Positions 25,690-38,826 are shown, counted from the first letter of the whole stretch. The stretch: 63,741 nt of DNA, filler included, from Octopus bimaculoides (GCF_001194135.2; 7 parts of 7 records of this genome joined end to end with filler, not necessarily neighbours in it); one strand, 5' to 3'. Notes: a model not told the origin generated them from the sequence alone. Numbers and translations are program-made.

Positions 25690-27080
25690 TGGCGTTATAT
25701 AGTTTCATCTGGCACCTTGGATAGCAATATGCCAAGTTGTTCCTTGAAAGCAACCACATTCATTCCATGTACATCTCTCAGCTGTTTTGGCACAGTATTA
25801 AACATCGTCCTCACGCTAGATGGTATGACTGGGATCTTTGGAACCATACAGTGACGTCCAATTTTGGGGCTGGTATAGCTCTTGATGCCAAGGTTAGATG
25901 GCAATCCCTCAAGGATCTCCCATACTTATATCACTGCATATCTCTCACGTCTTCACTCCAAGTAGCTCAGTTGTTCAACTGATGCATTCTTCCTGGTGTA
26001 GCACCGCTGAAATGACGGATGTCCCGCTATTAATATGACAGAGTGGGATGACCGCAGTTGAGAGTTCTCCTCCAGATGGCTGAGGATAACTTTCCTTCAT
26101 ACAACCAGTATAGTTTCTTGCTCCCTTGTTCTGGAATTTCTCAGTATCCATCCGGCCAATCACTTGCACATTTCTACCAATTTGGTGATATGCACATGCA
26201 ACTAGGCATCATTTTTAATATCAATCCCCAGTTCACGCACACTGCTTGACTCTAGGAATGCCGCTTCTTTCGGTCTAAAATATCTTTGTTGCGGCATGTT
26301 AGTACAAGCTAGCTGATAGCAGAGGTCTTGAAAATTTCCTGCATTAAATCGCATATTGTTTTGTTCAGCCCATTTATATATGGCATCTAGGCCTTTGTAG
26401 AAGAAGATTAACGTACAGAGGTTCCTTGACTGTTTGTTTTACTTTTAAATCGTTGGCATAATTAGTAAGTCTGGCTGTCTGTGTAACTGATGGTATGTCT
26501 AAAAGAGCTACCAAACAGTAGTGGCCTCAAGGCACTTTCCCGAGGTATTTATTATTATTACTTGGAGAGGGCTCCAATGACTGCCACAGTCTAGGTTTAG
26601 TCTTCTAAGATGTCATGTAACTACTCCCAGTTTTCCACTATGTCAAATGTTCGTAGCTTGTAACATATATTCCATGATCAACTTCATCAGAGGCCTTTGC
26701 AAAATCAATATATATCACATCCACATTTTAGCGACTGATTAGTTGTTTCAAAACCACTCGTAATGCTGTAGGAGCTGTGTAAAACAGCTTCTTCCTGAAC
26801 AGAAGCCATGGTGGTTGTCAGGGAGCAAGTGATTATCTTCCGGTAACGGGATCAGTTTCCTTCTAACAAAGCGTTCCATGACTTTCCTGATATGTGTGGT
26901 TACGGAGATATTGTTAGTATCCGCCCAGCTACCTCCTTCATGGATAATACACTTTATTTCACGTTGCTCCAGACCACTCTGCTGGCAATCATACGTTGAA
27001 CCTTTAATTCAAAGGGCCAACCGTTACACATCCTCTTGGTTATTACAACGGTTGTTCCATTTGATCTGAACGGACGCTCT
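25690..27080 (-). mobile_element. CR1/L2-group LINE RT fragment, 5'-truncated and degenerate
   Basis: Minus strand reads HGFCSGRSCFTQLLQHYEWVLKQL...DVIYIDFAKA..VDHG, then a GPLLF-like segment, then a C-terminal PKIPVIPSSVRT...LLSKVPDE. Many stops. Confidence 0.8.
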
Positions 27081-27829
27081 GGAACACTCGTCCTAATCTT
27101 ATCCTATCTTATAAGATAAAATGAGAAGAGTGCAAGGGCGATAATGTGAGAGGAACATTATGGCATACAGAGTGTAACTGATATCAGGGAAGGGGAAGGC
27201 AGAGTTGTGTAAGCAACAAATATGGAGTGGCAGTGGGATAGCAACATTAATATAGATGTCATTCAGAGATACACACGAGCTTGCTTTCAATCTCTTTCTC
27301 TTTCACTCACGTCTCTCTCTCTCTCTCTGTTTCTCGCTCTCTTTCTCTCTGTCCCCCACTTTCTGTTTGTCTGTCCGTAACACACACACATACACGCGCT
27401 CACAAATCCATAGACAAGTATTTGACAACGTTTAAACTGAAATTATTCGGAAATGACCGGGGTATTCCTTTTTTCTTTTATGAACAGACGATAAAGAAGT
27501 TATCGTATGCTAAATACTGAGTCAATTCACTTTTCTTTTCACGAAGACGACTTTTCAAGTCAAGATTAAAGGTGAAGTACCTTAATTTCGTTTTTATAAT
27601 TTACAGAATTATAGTCACTCATTCATCTTTCGCAAAGATAGAAAGACAGATTTCTAAAGGTGAAATTTCTATCATTTAATATGGCATCCCTTTTTGTGTT
27701 GTAATTTTCCGTCACGTTCTGTTAACGGAACAATCAAAAGTTTAAAATGAAGGTGAAGTCCCTTACTGGATTTATTGAAAGATATTCAACAATTACATTA
27801 AGTTATTAGTTCACTCCTTTAATAAAGTC

Positions 27830-30190
27830 ATGGGTGATGGTGTATGTTCAGAGCTGTGTCACTTTTGCTCAAAAACAACAGAAATTACCGAACTCTCCGG
27901 AAAGTCCGCACGATGCATACGTAATAATCGGAAATATTTTCATTCTTTTATTCCTAATAGTACAATGCAGGAATACCAAGCATACATGAGTGGGGATGGA
28001 ATATATGGTGGTAATATTGAATTAGCTTCTATTAGTGAATTGTACAATGTTGCAATTCAAGTTCATCACAAAAATGACGATGGAATTATTCTTCCTCTGT
28101 TTACCATTTGCGGTCGAACAGTTACACAAAGGAACATTTCAGTGTTATATAGTGGCTAAATTGACAACGGCGACTACGATGTTTTCTTTCCTATAGACAA
28201 TCATGAGTATGAAAGAATTGTAGAAGGAAATGAAATATTACAAGACAGTAGAAAAAAAACAAAAGAATGAACGTTCAAACACTTAATATCAAAATTGTTG
28301 AAGAAAATAAAAACCATCAGAAAGTTAGGTTGCAACATATGAGGGAATATGAGAGGTGGACAAGAGAACAAAAAGGTGATAAAGATAGGGATATAAGATT
28401 ATAGAGAAAGAAGGAAAATTATAAAAATGAAAAAGTACAAGAAACTAAAAAAAATACAAATAAATTCAATTGCAAAAAGGAGAGAAAAATGTAGAATAAA
28501 TAGAAAACACGAAAGTAATAGTGATCGAAAAATGCGACTAAAAAGGAAAAAGCTTTCCAGAGAAAACCAGCAGAAAAAGTATAGACGATTTCAATGGTAA
28601 GGTGTAGCATTTAATTATGATCCTAATCGTAATTATGCATCTGAAAAAATTGTCCCCCTGGGCTCTTTGTGCAAAACATGTGAAAAATCTGGTGCTAGGA
28701 AGTGGGACAAGGAATCATTGGTTATGTGCTGTTCTAAAGGTAAAGTCCATTGACAAATAATTGAACCTCCAGAACTTGTAAAATATCCTTTATTGGGTTC
28801 CACGTCAGAATCAAAACACTTTAAAATATTCGAGCATACAATTGTGCTTTTCAAATGACATCATTTGAGGCAAAAATTATTAGGGAGAGTGAGTTTATGC
28901 TGACTTTTCAAGTGCAAGGACAAATTTATCACAGAATTGATTCTATTAAGCCATTACAGAATAAAGATCTACAATTTTTACAAATATATTTTATAGGTGA
29001 CGTTCAAACGGAAGTACTGTGTCGCAATAAGTGTTGTCCAGTTACAAGATTAGAACTTGATTTTAAGCTGCAAGAAATGCTTCACGAAAAGAATTCTCAT
29101 GTGAGAAGCTTTCAGTATGCTTTAAAATATGAACTTTCAAGTTGTCATCGATGCCAACAATAGACCAGCTGGAGGACATGTCCATCAGTTCAAGGTTCCT
29201 GAATGTAATGAAGTGGCTAATATTATGATTAGAGAACAACATGGTAAACCAGATATTGTTTTGAAATAAAGTGACAATAGCATCATGTTCATAAATGAAA
29301 TGCATCGTTCATATTGTGCTTTACAATATCCCTTGCTTTTTGCTAACGGAGAAGATGGATACCACTTTGGTATACCACAAGTTCGAGGAATCACTTCCAA
29401 AAGAACTATATCATCTATGTATTGTGTTCATCGATTGATGATTCGAAGTAATTCATTTAATCGTCTTCACTATTGCCAAGTTCTTTTTCACCAGTATGCT
29501 GTTGATATGTATGCCAATATAGAGTTGGAAAGGTTGTGCTACTTGAAAATGCACCAAAAAGAACTACGTTCAGAATCGCATGTGAACTTACGAGATGGCA
29601 TTAGCAATGATATTGCTGGGACAGGGCTTGGACAACTTTATATTCTCCCATTCAGTTTTACAGGAAGCCTAAGGTATATAAAGAGAGGACACAGGATGCT
29701 GTAATTTGCGTGAGTAATTATGGACGTCCTGATCTTTTCATCACTTTTACTTGTAATCACAAATTGAACGTAATCTAAACTGAACTTTTTACATCAACAG
29801 ACACGACCTAATTGAAAGAGATTTTCATCTCATCATTTCCAAATTGATAGACGTCCTAAGTAAGATTAATTCCATAATCTCAGCAGAAGTTCCAAACACC
29901 ACGAAAGACAAATAACTTTATGAAATTGTAAAATCGAACATGGTTCATTGCACATGTGGTGACCTCAACCCAACTGCACCTTGGATAAAAAACATTATCC
30001 TAAAATTTTTATGAAAGAAACACAGACGGGTAATGATGGAAATCCATTATACAGAAGGGCACCACAAGATGGAAGTCTTTAAATAAATATTGGTTACCAT
30101 ACAATTGGTAATAAATGGGTAGTCCTTTCAGCCCTCTTTTGTTTAAGATATTCAATGCTCACACAAATGTTGAATATTGTTATTTTATAA
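27830..30190 (+). mobile_element. Helitron Rep pseudogene with N-terminal OTU cysteine-protease domain
   Basis: OTU motifs: GDG/CMFRAVS (frameshift), YGGNIEL.SIS..YNVAIQV, LYSG*IDNGDYDV. Then a charged coiled-coil, a C..C.A..W..ES..MCCS.GKV zinc finger, YNCAFQMTSF, VQGQIYHRI, SYCALQYPLLF, LFHQYAVDMY, LP.SFTGS.RY, YGRPDLFITFTCN, MVHC.CG, NKWVV, FNAHTNVEYC. Broken by a SINE at 30191; no helicase seen. Confidence 0.9.
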
Positions 30191-30335
30191 GGCGGCGAGC
30201 TGGAAGAAGCGTTAGCACGCTGGGCGAAAAGCTTAGCGGTATTTCGTCTGAGTTCAAATTCAGTCGAGATTGACTTTGCCTTTCATCCTTTCGGGTTAGA
30301 TAAATTAAGTACTAATTACCTACTGAGGTCGACAT
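30191..30335 (+). mobile_element. Family-B SINE truncating the Helitron Rep
   Basis: GGCGGCGAGCTGG...CTGAGTTCAAATT...GGGCCTTGTGCCTAGAGTAGAAAA. Confidence 0.9.
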
Positions 30336-30619
30336 AATCGACTGTCCCTCTCCCCCCAAATTTCGGGCCTTGTGCCTAGAGTAGAAAATAACATTGTGAT
30401 TCTATGTATATCATGTTGCACTTGACTGGGAATTGAAGTTGAGTAAATTTTTTTCTCTTTATGTATTGTACAGATTCAGACACTTCGGTATGTTTCAACC
30501 AGAATTGGCTCACACACTAAATAGCAGCACCTGAAGAAAGCATTGAATCACATTTTATGTTACAGTCATGCAGTGGGCATCATAAGACATTTGCGTACTG
30601 AGCTATTTCTACAGAGATA

Positions 30620-31892
30620 AAGGGGTTGGATACGATAATGAAGACACCTTAAAATTTTAAACAAATTTAATTTAATATGGAGTACGACTGCCTTTGGCAG
30701 TAATTACAGCTTGAATTATACGAGGTACGGACTCGTACAAAGTTTGAATTTTTTCCAAAGGAATTTTGGTCCATTCTTCAGCTAAAACAGTCTCCAGATC
30801 TTGTAGTGATGATGGTGGAGGATATTGACTCCTGATTTGTTTTTTTCTTAAAATGCACCATGAATGTCCAATAATATTGAGATCTGGGGAGGGTGGTATC
30901 CCGATGAGATGTGCAGCTTCATTAGATTGTTCCTCGTGCCATTCTGTAACAAGTTTAGCTGTGTGAATTGATGCAATATTATCCTGAAAGATTGCGTTTC
31001 ACTCCGGAAATAGTTCTGCAAACATACGATGAATTTGATCAGTTAAATGCTTAAATAGTCTTGACTATTAATTCAGTAATGAAGGGAAACCATTGGGCCG
31101 GCGGATTTCCAAGAGATAGGCCTCAAGATCATTACAGATCCTCCTCCATGTTTAACAGTTAGAAGAAGGCAGTCTGAGTCAAATGCTTCTCCTGGCTGTC
31201 TCCAGACGTGTACTCGGCCGGTGGTCGGAAATAAGATAAAGGAAGAGTCGTCCGAGAAAATAACATTCTTCCACTGCTCAAGGGACTAATTCTGTAGTTT
31301 TTACTCCACTCTAAACGCTTTGTAATGTTTGTTTTTGAAAGTAGTGGTTTTCCGATTGCACCTCTCCCGTGAAATCCGGCTTTGTGCGGATCCTGGCGAA
31401 CTGTTTTTGTGGAAACTGGGTTCTCGAGATTGTCATTAAGCTCTGCAGTAATTTTGGGAGCAGTACTTTTGTGATCCTTTCTAACAATTCGCGTAAGATT
31501 CCGACGGTCTCTATCTGAAAGTTTCGGTTTTCTTCGGAGTTCTGTTTCGACAAGGAGGTTTGTCCCTCTTACTCAAAGCCTATCATTACTTTCGAGATAG
31601 TACTTCTTGATACACCAGACATTTCGGCTGTTTTTGTTACGCTAGCTCCTGCCATACAAGCACCAACATTTTGACCTCTTTGAAAGTCCAATATATCTGT
31701 CATTTTAATGACTTTTAATTACCCTTTTCTGATGATAACTCAAAAGAAACAGCAATTTTAGCAAAACATATTAAGACTAAAAATAGTAAATCAAAGAAAC
31801 ATAAAAATAAACAAGATTTTGTCGGTTTTATAGATATTCCAAAATTATGATGCTATGATGCTTGGTGTTTCCATTATTTTGTCCAACCCCTG
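30620..31892 (-). mobile_element. Near full-length Tc1 (DD34E-type) DNA transposon, ~1.27 kb
   Basis: TIRs AAGGGGTTGGATACGATAATGAAGACACC and GGTGTTTCCATTATTTTGTCCAACCCCTG; TA at 30618-30619 and 31893-31894. Confidence 0.92.
30672..31703 (-). pseudogene. Tc1 transposase pseudogene
   Basis: MTDILDFQRGQNVGACMAGASVTKTAEMSGVSRSTISKVM (paired-like HTH), WKNVIFSDDSSF, FQDNIASIHTA, PDLNIIGHSW, ending GSRTPY*. Stops and frameshifts. Confidence 0.88.
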
Positions 31893-32760
31893 TATATCTG
31901 TATGTAGGTGCTTCATACCATACACATTTTATAATTTCGTTACTCATCATCGACTTAAAACGCTAAATTTTATGCATATACACGCATTTTTATGTCCCTT
32001 ATATATGTATTAAACAGTTATTAGATATACATCAGTGTACTAGACGTATATATTGTCTATTTATGCATGTATATGCCTGTAATTATGTATGTATAATGCT
32101 CTTACTCTCTGTGAACATCTTATATCGAACACCACCAGAGAATTTTCTAAGATGTATTTAGAACATACTTATATATTATGTAATGTATTGATTTTCTTCC
32201 TGAAAATCAAAATATTGGCTGCAGTTAACTTTCAAATTGAAATATTGATAAGTTGTTCTAATATTTATAATTCTAAAATGAAATATACTCACGAGATGAA
32301 AATGAATTTCGTGTCTATTTCGATCTGGAACGCAATTTTCGCACAGATAACATTATAAATAAACGTTGGATATAAAATGTAGTTTATTTGAATATACCTT
32401 ATTTCTTACTTTACTCTTCTATCTCAAACTATTTTCGAGTGGCTGTGTGGTAAGTAGCTCGCTTACCCTTGACTTCCGGTCTTGTGCGTTGGCGGTACTT
32501 CCTGTCAACCTGAAGAACTGTGTGGACGTGTGTCGCTCGACGCCGTCCAAAAATTGAACTGTGAAAGTCGACCGAGGTAGGTGAAATTGTTTTTTGAGCT
32601 GGGAGGGGTTTGTTGCTGTTTGTTTTTTTCAGTAAATTCACCCAGCTCAGTTTTGCCTGCTTTCGGCGACTTAAATTGTTGCTCGCTTTGCGAGAAAAAT
32701 CTGTGTTCCTCGTTCGTCGTTGTGGGTGGGCGTGACAACACAGCGACGAAGGGGGAAAAT

Positions 32761-32905
32761 TTCTTCGTGAAATTTGGTGTGGCATTTTTGCCAATTTAAT
32801 TCTGCATGTGGATTTACCATTACGAAGAAGGTAAACTTTTGAATTGTTTCAATTCTTGTGAAATTTTGTGTGGAATTTTTTGCCAAATTTGAACATTCTC
32901 TGTGG
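32761..32905 (+). repeat. Imperfect tandem duplication, ~92-bp period
   Basis: TTCTTCGTGAAATTTGGTGTGGCATTTTTGCCAA...GTGGATTTACC (32761) recurs as TTCTTGTGAAATTTTGTGTGGAATTTTTTGCCAA...GTGGATTTACC (32853). Confidence 0.8.
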
Positions 32906-33399
32906 ATTTACCCTGCATTGCGGAGTGTGTCAAGAACAGAACTCAGACAGCTGGAGTAACAGTCGAAGTGAACGTTTTTTGGTCAGAAAATAGGATTCCT
33001 TGCCGGAACATAATTACTTTCTTTTCTCATTTCATTTATTTCTACTTCTAATGTGTATATAAATATATGTACGAGGGAGCTACTGCAAGTTCCTAGCTTT
33101 GAGGGTGGCACGAAAGTCCTGGTTGTAGTCCACCCTTCCGAGTTCTTCTACAGGTCTTAGAAAAAAATTAAAGGACCGTTGCAATTAGTGTGTGAATCCG
33201 AAAGGGGAATATATATAAATAAAATAATTTCAAAGTTACTAACCTTTTTTAAATTTTTATCGTAATTAAAACTGCCCTCTCGGTTGCGGTGACATTGTAA
33301 TAGTGTCCATGGCTTCATGCGAGCGTGTAATCACCATTGACTTGATAGCTAAATAATTTATTGCTATATATGTCGCAGAAAAAGATGTCTAACTGATAA

Positions 33400-34215
33400 A
33401 TGACTTAAAGTACAATTAGAACTAAATTGTTTTTCTTTTTCATATATACAGTAGAGCGTCCCTTTCTGAGTTGTCTACTTTTCCAGTTAACTCCATTTTC
33501 TTCCAATCTTTTTAGGTCCTTCTCAACTAGATTTAACGCCGCCAAAGGCACATTCTTTTTCGGTTTAAACAACTGCATCGCATTTTCTTTCAACTCAAAC
33601 TATATTTTGATCTTTTTACACGTTCCGATTTCCGTCGAGAACACATCAGGGTACATCTTTAATTTTAATTTCAATTTTTCGGACGCATTATCTGACACGA
33701 ACTGTGACACATTCACCTTATTATATAATGTATTCAATGGTAGATCCCGCAGGTCAAATTCTTGTTAAATCTGTCCCGAACAAATTCATTGTTTTTTTTA
33801 ATTTCATTATTTTACTTTTCCGCGTCATTTCTTCAAGTTTTATTTCTGGCGAAATTTCGCCCAAGAATTGAACTCGTTCCCCTGACACACCGTGAGCTAT
33901 CTTAGTAGTTTTTTGTATACCAGCCTTCCTATCTTAATCCATGTTGCGTATTAAATATCGATACGTCTGAACCAGTATCCAATTGCATTTTCGTCTGAAA
34001 TCCATTTATTTTTACCGACACAAATGTTCGGTTTTCTAGGGTATAATTTATTTTTTATTGAGTAGACGTTTTTCGGTTTTCTCGTTTTTTTTACATTTTT
34101 CTTCAAGGAACCTCTTGACTGCCTCTGTCCAATTTTACCGCACTTAAATCATTTTCTTGTCTTTAAAGGTGCAATATTTCTTAAACTGCAGGGTTCCGCA
34201 ACCATAACACGGTTT
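33400..34215 (-). mobile_element. Gypsy-type LTR retrotransposon fragment (gag zinc knuckles, aspartic protease, start of RT)
   Basis: Minus strand: KPCYGCG...CTFKDKK.FKCGKIG (twin CCHC-like), KMQLDTGSDVSI (protease DTG), LKENAMQLFKPKKNVPLAALNLVEKDLKRLEENGV and STVYMKKKNN (RT N-terminus). No LTRs identified. Confidence 0.85.
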
Positions 34216-34849
34216 TGGATCTATCAGTTTTTTTTTCTTTCAATACTTTGTTTACACGTTGTACATTATTATTATTATTATTATTATCATTATTATTATT
34301 ATTATTATCATTTTCTATTTTCATGAATCTTTATCCATGCACGAGCAGGCATGTTAAATCTCAGTACTCTTCGCATTATTTAAAGAGAGGTACAGCTTAA
34401 TTTTCGTAAATGTCGCGTGTCTTTATTCTATCTTACTGTGAATCTGTAGCAGACATACATTTATTAGCTGAAGCAACAAAACAAATACAAGAGTGCTTTT
34501 AATAATTGGAACATGAAATGCGAAAGCTGGAGCATTAGACTTCTGAGAAAACTGAACGACGCAAACGTCTTGTCGGATGTAAACTTCTGAATTTCGATAT
34601 AGACGTTGAGACACTAATTGAAACGAGAATAACTGAGAGGTGGGGATAACCTTATTGAGACCGAAATTACTCTTTGGTTCTTAAGGTATCATTATTAGGT
34701 GGACTGTATCTACATAGATTTGGTTTCACTGCAAAAGTAAAGCAATGTGGTGATGAAAATCAATATATATGCAATCTCCATTAGCATGAGCGTTATTAAA
34801 GTTGAGATTTTTCACTTGAAAAAAAGTTTTTTGCTGCCATCAGTGCTTA

Positions 34850-35780
34850 AGCGGACAATAAAGAAGCCATAAATGTTTTCGGTTAATGAAGGAACGTAGC
34901 GCAAATATCTAATAATCTTGATGGGAAAATCATTCTATTTGTGCTTTCGGACATTAATGTTCTTCCAAAGTTATAAAATCTATGAACAAATATCAACAGA
35001 GAACGTTGGAGAAGTGATTGCAACGCAAAGGGCTGATAGCTCTTAAAGATTGTTTGGTGCTTCAGTTCATAATAACTTATATCGTGTTTAGCTAAAACGG
35101 CATACGTTAAAGAAGATAGATGCATCTCAACTGTAAACAGTAACATTTACATTGTTTTGTCATCTCACGGTAATGAAATATATAAGACAAACTTCACCCG
35201 CTGGTGATCGTTGTCGCAATCAAATGATTGTAACAAACTTTAAAACTAAGTTGGACTTATTAATCAAAAACTTACATGACATGATGGAGTAGCAATTGAA
35301 TGTGAAATACTTTGATCCTTATGCAGCAACGATTGTCGAGTGGGACCATTTTTTTGCAATTTTGATTAAGGGTTATTGCTTCATCTTTAAAGAAAGGTCT
35401 CACTTCATAGAAAGCAACTTGATTTCAGAAACCGTAAATTTAAACTTGATCAAGATAAATAATTCGAATTTCGTAATCTGAAACATAACGATGACTTGGG
35501 AATTTGAAGAAATCAATGATTAATTACTGAATTGAAAGAAAAAGTAAGATTACTTACAAAATAGTAAAAATGAATTCTTTCAGCTCATTTGCGATATCTC
35601 TATGCCAACAGAATTGGGAATACTATCAATTACTTCTGCCAAATTATACGATTCAACCAATATGCGCTAAAAATATCACATGACTTTATTAACAATTTCC
35701 CACGTGAAATAGATAATTTGCAAGAAAGTGCTCCACCATTATTGCAAGAGATTAAGGGTGAGAGTTTCACAAAATAAGTA
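34850..35780 (+). mobile_element. Possible highly decayed hAT transposase
   Basis: Weak motifs only: VIKSMNK, NFKTKLDL, FKER..F, YALKI...NLQESA. Confidence 0.2.
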
Positions 35781-36002
35781 AAGCAATAAATCTGCAGGAC
35801 CAAGTCACGTCTAGCGAACTTATCATATATGGTAATCAAATCACCTTCCTCCTTCAACTGTCAAACGATCTACTGTATCGGAGTACTAGGTACGGCAACT
35901 GCATATAAGAATATACTAACAATCAACCAGCATTCTATTTCTAGAATAAATCATATCGGGGGAGTGATTCCTAATTCTAAAGGATTTCTTCAGAAAATGC
36001 CC

Positions 36003-36068
<66 letters not shown>

Positions 36069-36168
36069 NNNNNNNNNNNNNNNNNNNNNNNNNNNNNNNN
36101 NNNNNNNNNNNNTTAATTAATTAANNNNNNNNNNNNNNNNNNNNNNNNNNNNNNNNNNNNNNNNNNNN

Positions 36169-37923
36169 ATGAGCAACTGGAAGGCTTCGGTACCAGATGG
36201 AGTTCAAGGCTACTGGATCAAAAGATTCGGTGAATGTCATGCACGAATAGCTGCACAACTCAACACCTTGTTAAATGCCGACCAAGTAACACCAGAGTGG
36301 TTGACATTGGGTAGGACAGTGCTGTGCTTGAAAAACATCGAAGAAGGCAATACAGTAGACCGATATCTTGTTTGCCACTTATGTGGAAATTATTGACTGG
36401 AATACTCGCAGATTCAATGTACGAACATCTGGAAAAAAATGGAGTCCTGCCACATGAGCAGAAGGGTTGCAAGCGTAAGTGCAGAGGTACCAAGGATCAA
36501 CTTCTGGTAGACAAAACTGTACATAGAGACTGCAAGAGGAGGAAAAGTAACTTAGCCATGGCATGGATCGACTATCGTAAGGCGTACGATATGATCTCAC
36601 ACTCTTGGTTTTGCATCGAATGTTCAGCGACTGCTTGGAAAAAGTATGGTGAATTGGAGGACGGACCTGACAGCATACGGAAGAAGTTTAGGGACAGTAG
36701 AAACCAGGAGGGCCATCTTCCAAGGGGACTGCCTGTCCCCACTGATCTTTGTACTGTGCTTGATACCACTAACACGGATTCTGAGGAAAGCAAAAGCTGG
36801 GTATGTATTCAAAAGCCGCTAACAAAAAGTCAACCATTCGTTATTCATGGATGACCTCAAACTTTATGGTAAAGATGAAGCCCAAATCAGTTTCCTCGCT
36901 AATGCGGTGTATACTTTCAGTGCTGATATCAGACTGAGAAAGTGTGGTTTGTTAGTCTTGAAGAGAGGCAAAATCAAATGTATGGACGGGCTATCGATAC
37001 CGTCGGGGGAGGTTATGAAACAGATAAAAGAGACCGGCTGTAAGTACTTGGGGATTTTAGAAATGGATAGATTGTTGAAGAAAGAAATGACAGAAAAACT
37101 TAAGGCGGAGTACTTCCGCAGACTGAGACTGACACTTAAGTCGAAATAAAACGGACGGAATAAGATTTAAGCTACCAACACCTGAGCGGTTTCACTCCTT
37201 AGATATGGAGCAGGAGTAATCGCATGGGCAGTAGACGAACTAAACAGCTTACACAGAAAGACAAGGAAATCGCTAACTAGATATGGGACACTCCACCCAA
37301 AATGTGACACAGATAGACTGTATGTAGCAAGAAAAAGAGGAGGAAGAGGACTGATTGGATGCAAACATAGTATTAGAGCAGAAGAAAACAACATAGCATC
37401 GTATGTAAAAAATGCTACAGAACCGTTATTATTAGAAGTAAGAAGGTCGAGCTTGTGTAGGTTTGAAGATTGCAGATCTATCATCGAAAATGATAAGGCA
37501 AAGATCCTGTAGGATTTTATGATTCAGTGCGACCATGAGATAGAGAATAATGAGCCAGACATAGTCTTAATTGAGAAAGAAAGCAAACTATGCTGGATCA
37601 TAGATATAGCATGCCCAGATGACAACAAGGTATGCGATAAGGAAGAAAGAAGAGTCAATAGATATGACAGGTTAGCTTGGGAGGTAAAGCAGTTGTGGTC
37701 GATGAAAAAGGTGGTACCAATAATTGTCGGAGCCCTGGGAACAGTGCGTAAAAATCTTGAGAAGTACGTGGAACAAATAGGAGCACTTGCAGAAAACAGC
37801 ACTGCTTGGAACCGCTCGAATACTCCGGAAGGTGCTCGAAAAATAAGAGTGTTACCTTAGTTCACTGGTAGTGAACAGCTGACACCGTAGTACATCTCCA
37901 GCGTTAGAAGCTGTGCAAAGGCA

Positions 37924-37965
<42 letters not shown>
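36169..37965 (+). mobile_element. R4/Dong-type RLE non-LTR retrotransposon (subfamily 1), RT to 3' end, internally deleted
   Basis: [75 protein letters not shown] region EPDIVLIEKESKLCWIIDIACP and VVPIIVGALG. A 3' UTR follows, then an (ATG)n/(TAA) tail. The CCHC region is missing. Confidence 0.92.
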
Positions 37966-37967
<2 letters not shown>

Positions 37968-38649
37968 AATAGGTGCCTTAGGTATAATAAAAAAATATTC
38001 AGACAAATACATAANNNNNNNNNNNNNNNNNNNNNNNNNNNNNNNNNNNNNNNNNNNNNNNNNNNNNNNNNNNNNNNNNNNNNNNNNNNNNNNNNNNNNN
38101 NNNNNNNNNNNNNNNNNNNNNNNNNNNNNNNNNNNNNNNNNNNNNNNNNNNNNNNNNNNNNNNNNNNNNNNNNNNNNNNNNNNNNNNNNNNNNNNNNNNN
38201 NNNNNNNNNNNNNNNNNNNNNNNNNNNNNNNNNNNNNNNNNNNNNNNNNNNNNNNNNNNNNNNNNNNNNNNNNNNNNNNNNNNNNNNNNNNNNNNNNNNN
38301 NNNNNNNNNNNNNNNNNNNNNNNNNNNNNNNNNNNNNNNNNNNNNNNNNNNNNNNNNNNNNNNNNNNNNNNNNNNNNNNNNNNNNNNNNNNNNNNNNNNN
38401 NNNNNNNNNNNNNNNNNNNNNNNNNNNNNNNNNNNNNNNNNNNNNNNNNNNNNNNNNNNNNNNNNNNNNNNNNNNNNNNNNNNNNNNNNNNNNNNNNNNN
38501 NNNNNNNNNNNNNNNNNNNNNNNNNNNNNNNNNNNNNNNNNNNNNNNNNNNNNNNNNNNNNNNNNNNNNNNNNNNNNNNNNNNNNNNNNNNNNNNNNNNN
38601 NNNNNNNNNNNNNNNNNNNNNNNNNNNNNNNNNNNNNNNNNNNNNNNNN

Positions 38650-38783
38650 AAATGGCACTACTAGGCACCTCACATATCCTACTTTCAATACAGTAAAAAT
38701 AAGAGAAGCACAACAAACCAAAGCACATACCCAAGGCACACAGAACTGCACTCGGTAGTGAAGTGAAAGCTACTATAGACTAC

Positions 38784-38790
<7 letters not shown>
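38650..38790 (+). mobile_element. 3' end of R4/Dong-type LINE (subfamily 2)
   Basis: KMALLGTSHILLSIQ* is a typical ORF end; the 3' UTR contains CACTCGGTAGTGAAGTGAAAGC; (TAA)n follows. The same UTR end is at 62429-62475. Confidence 0.75.
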
Positions 38791-38826
<36 letters not shown>

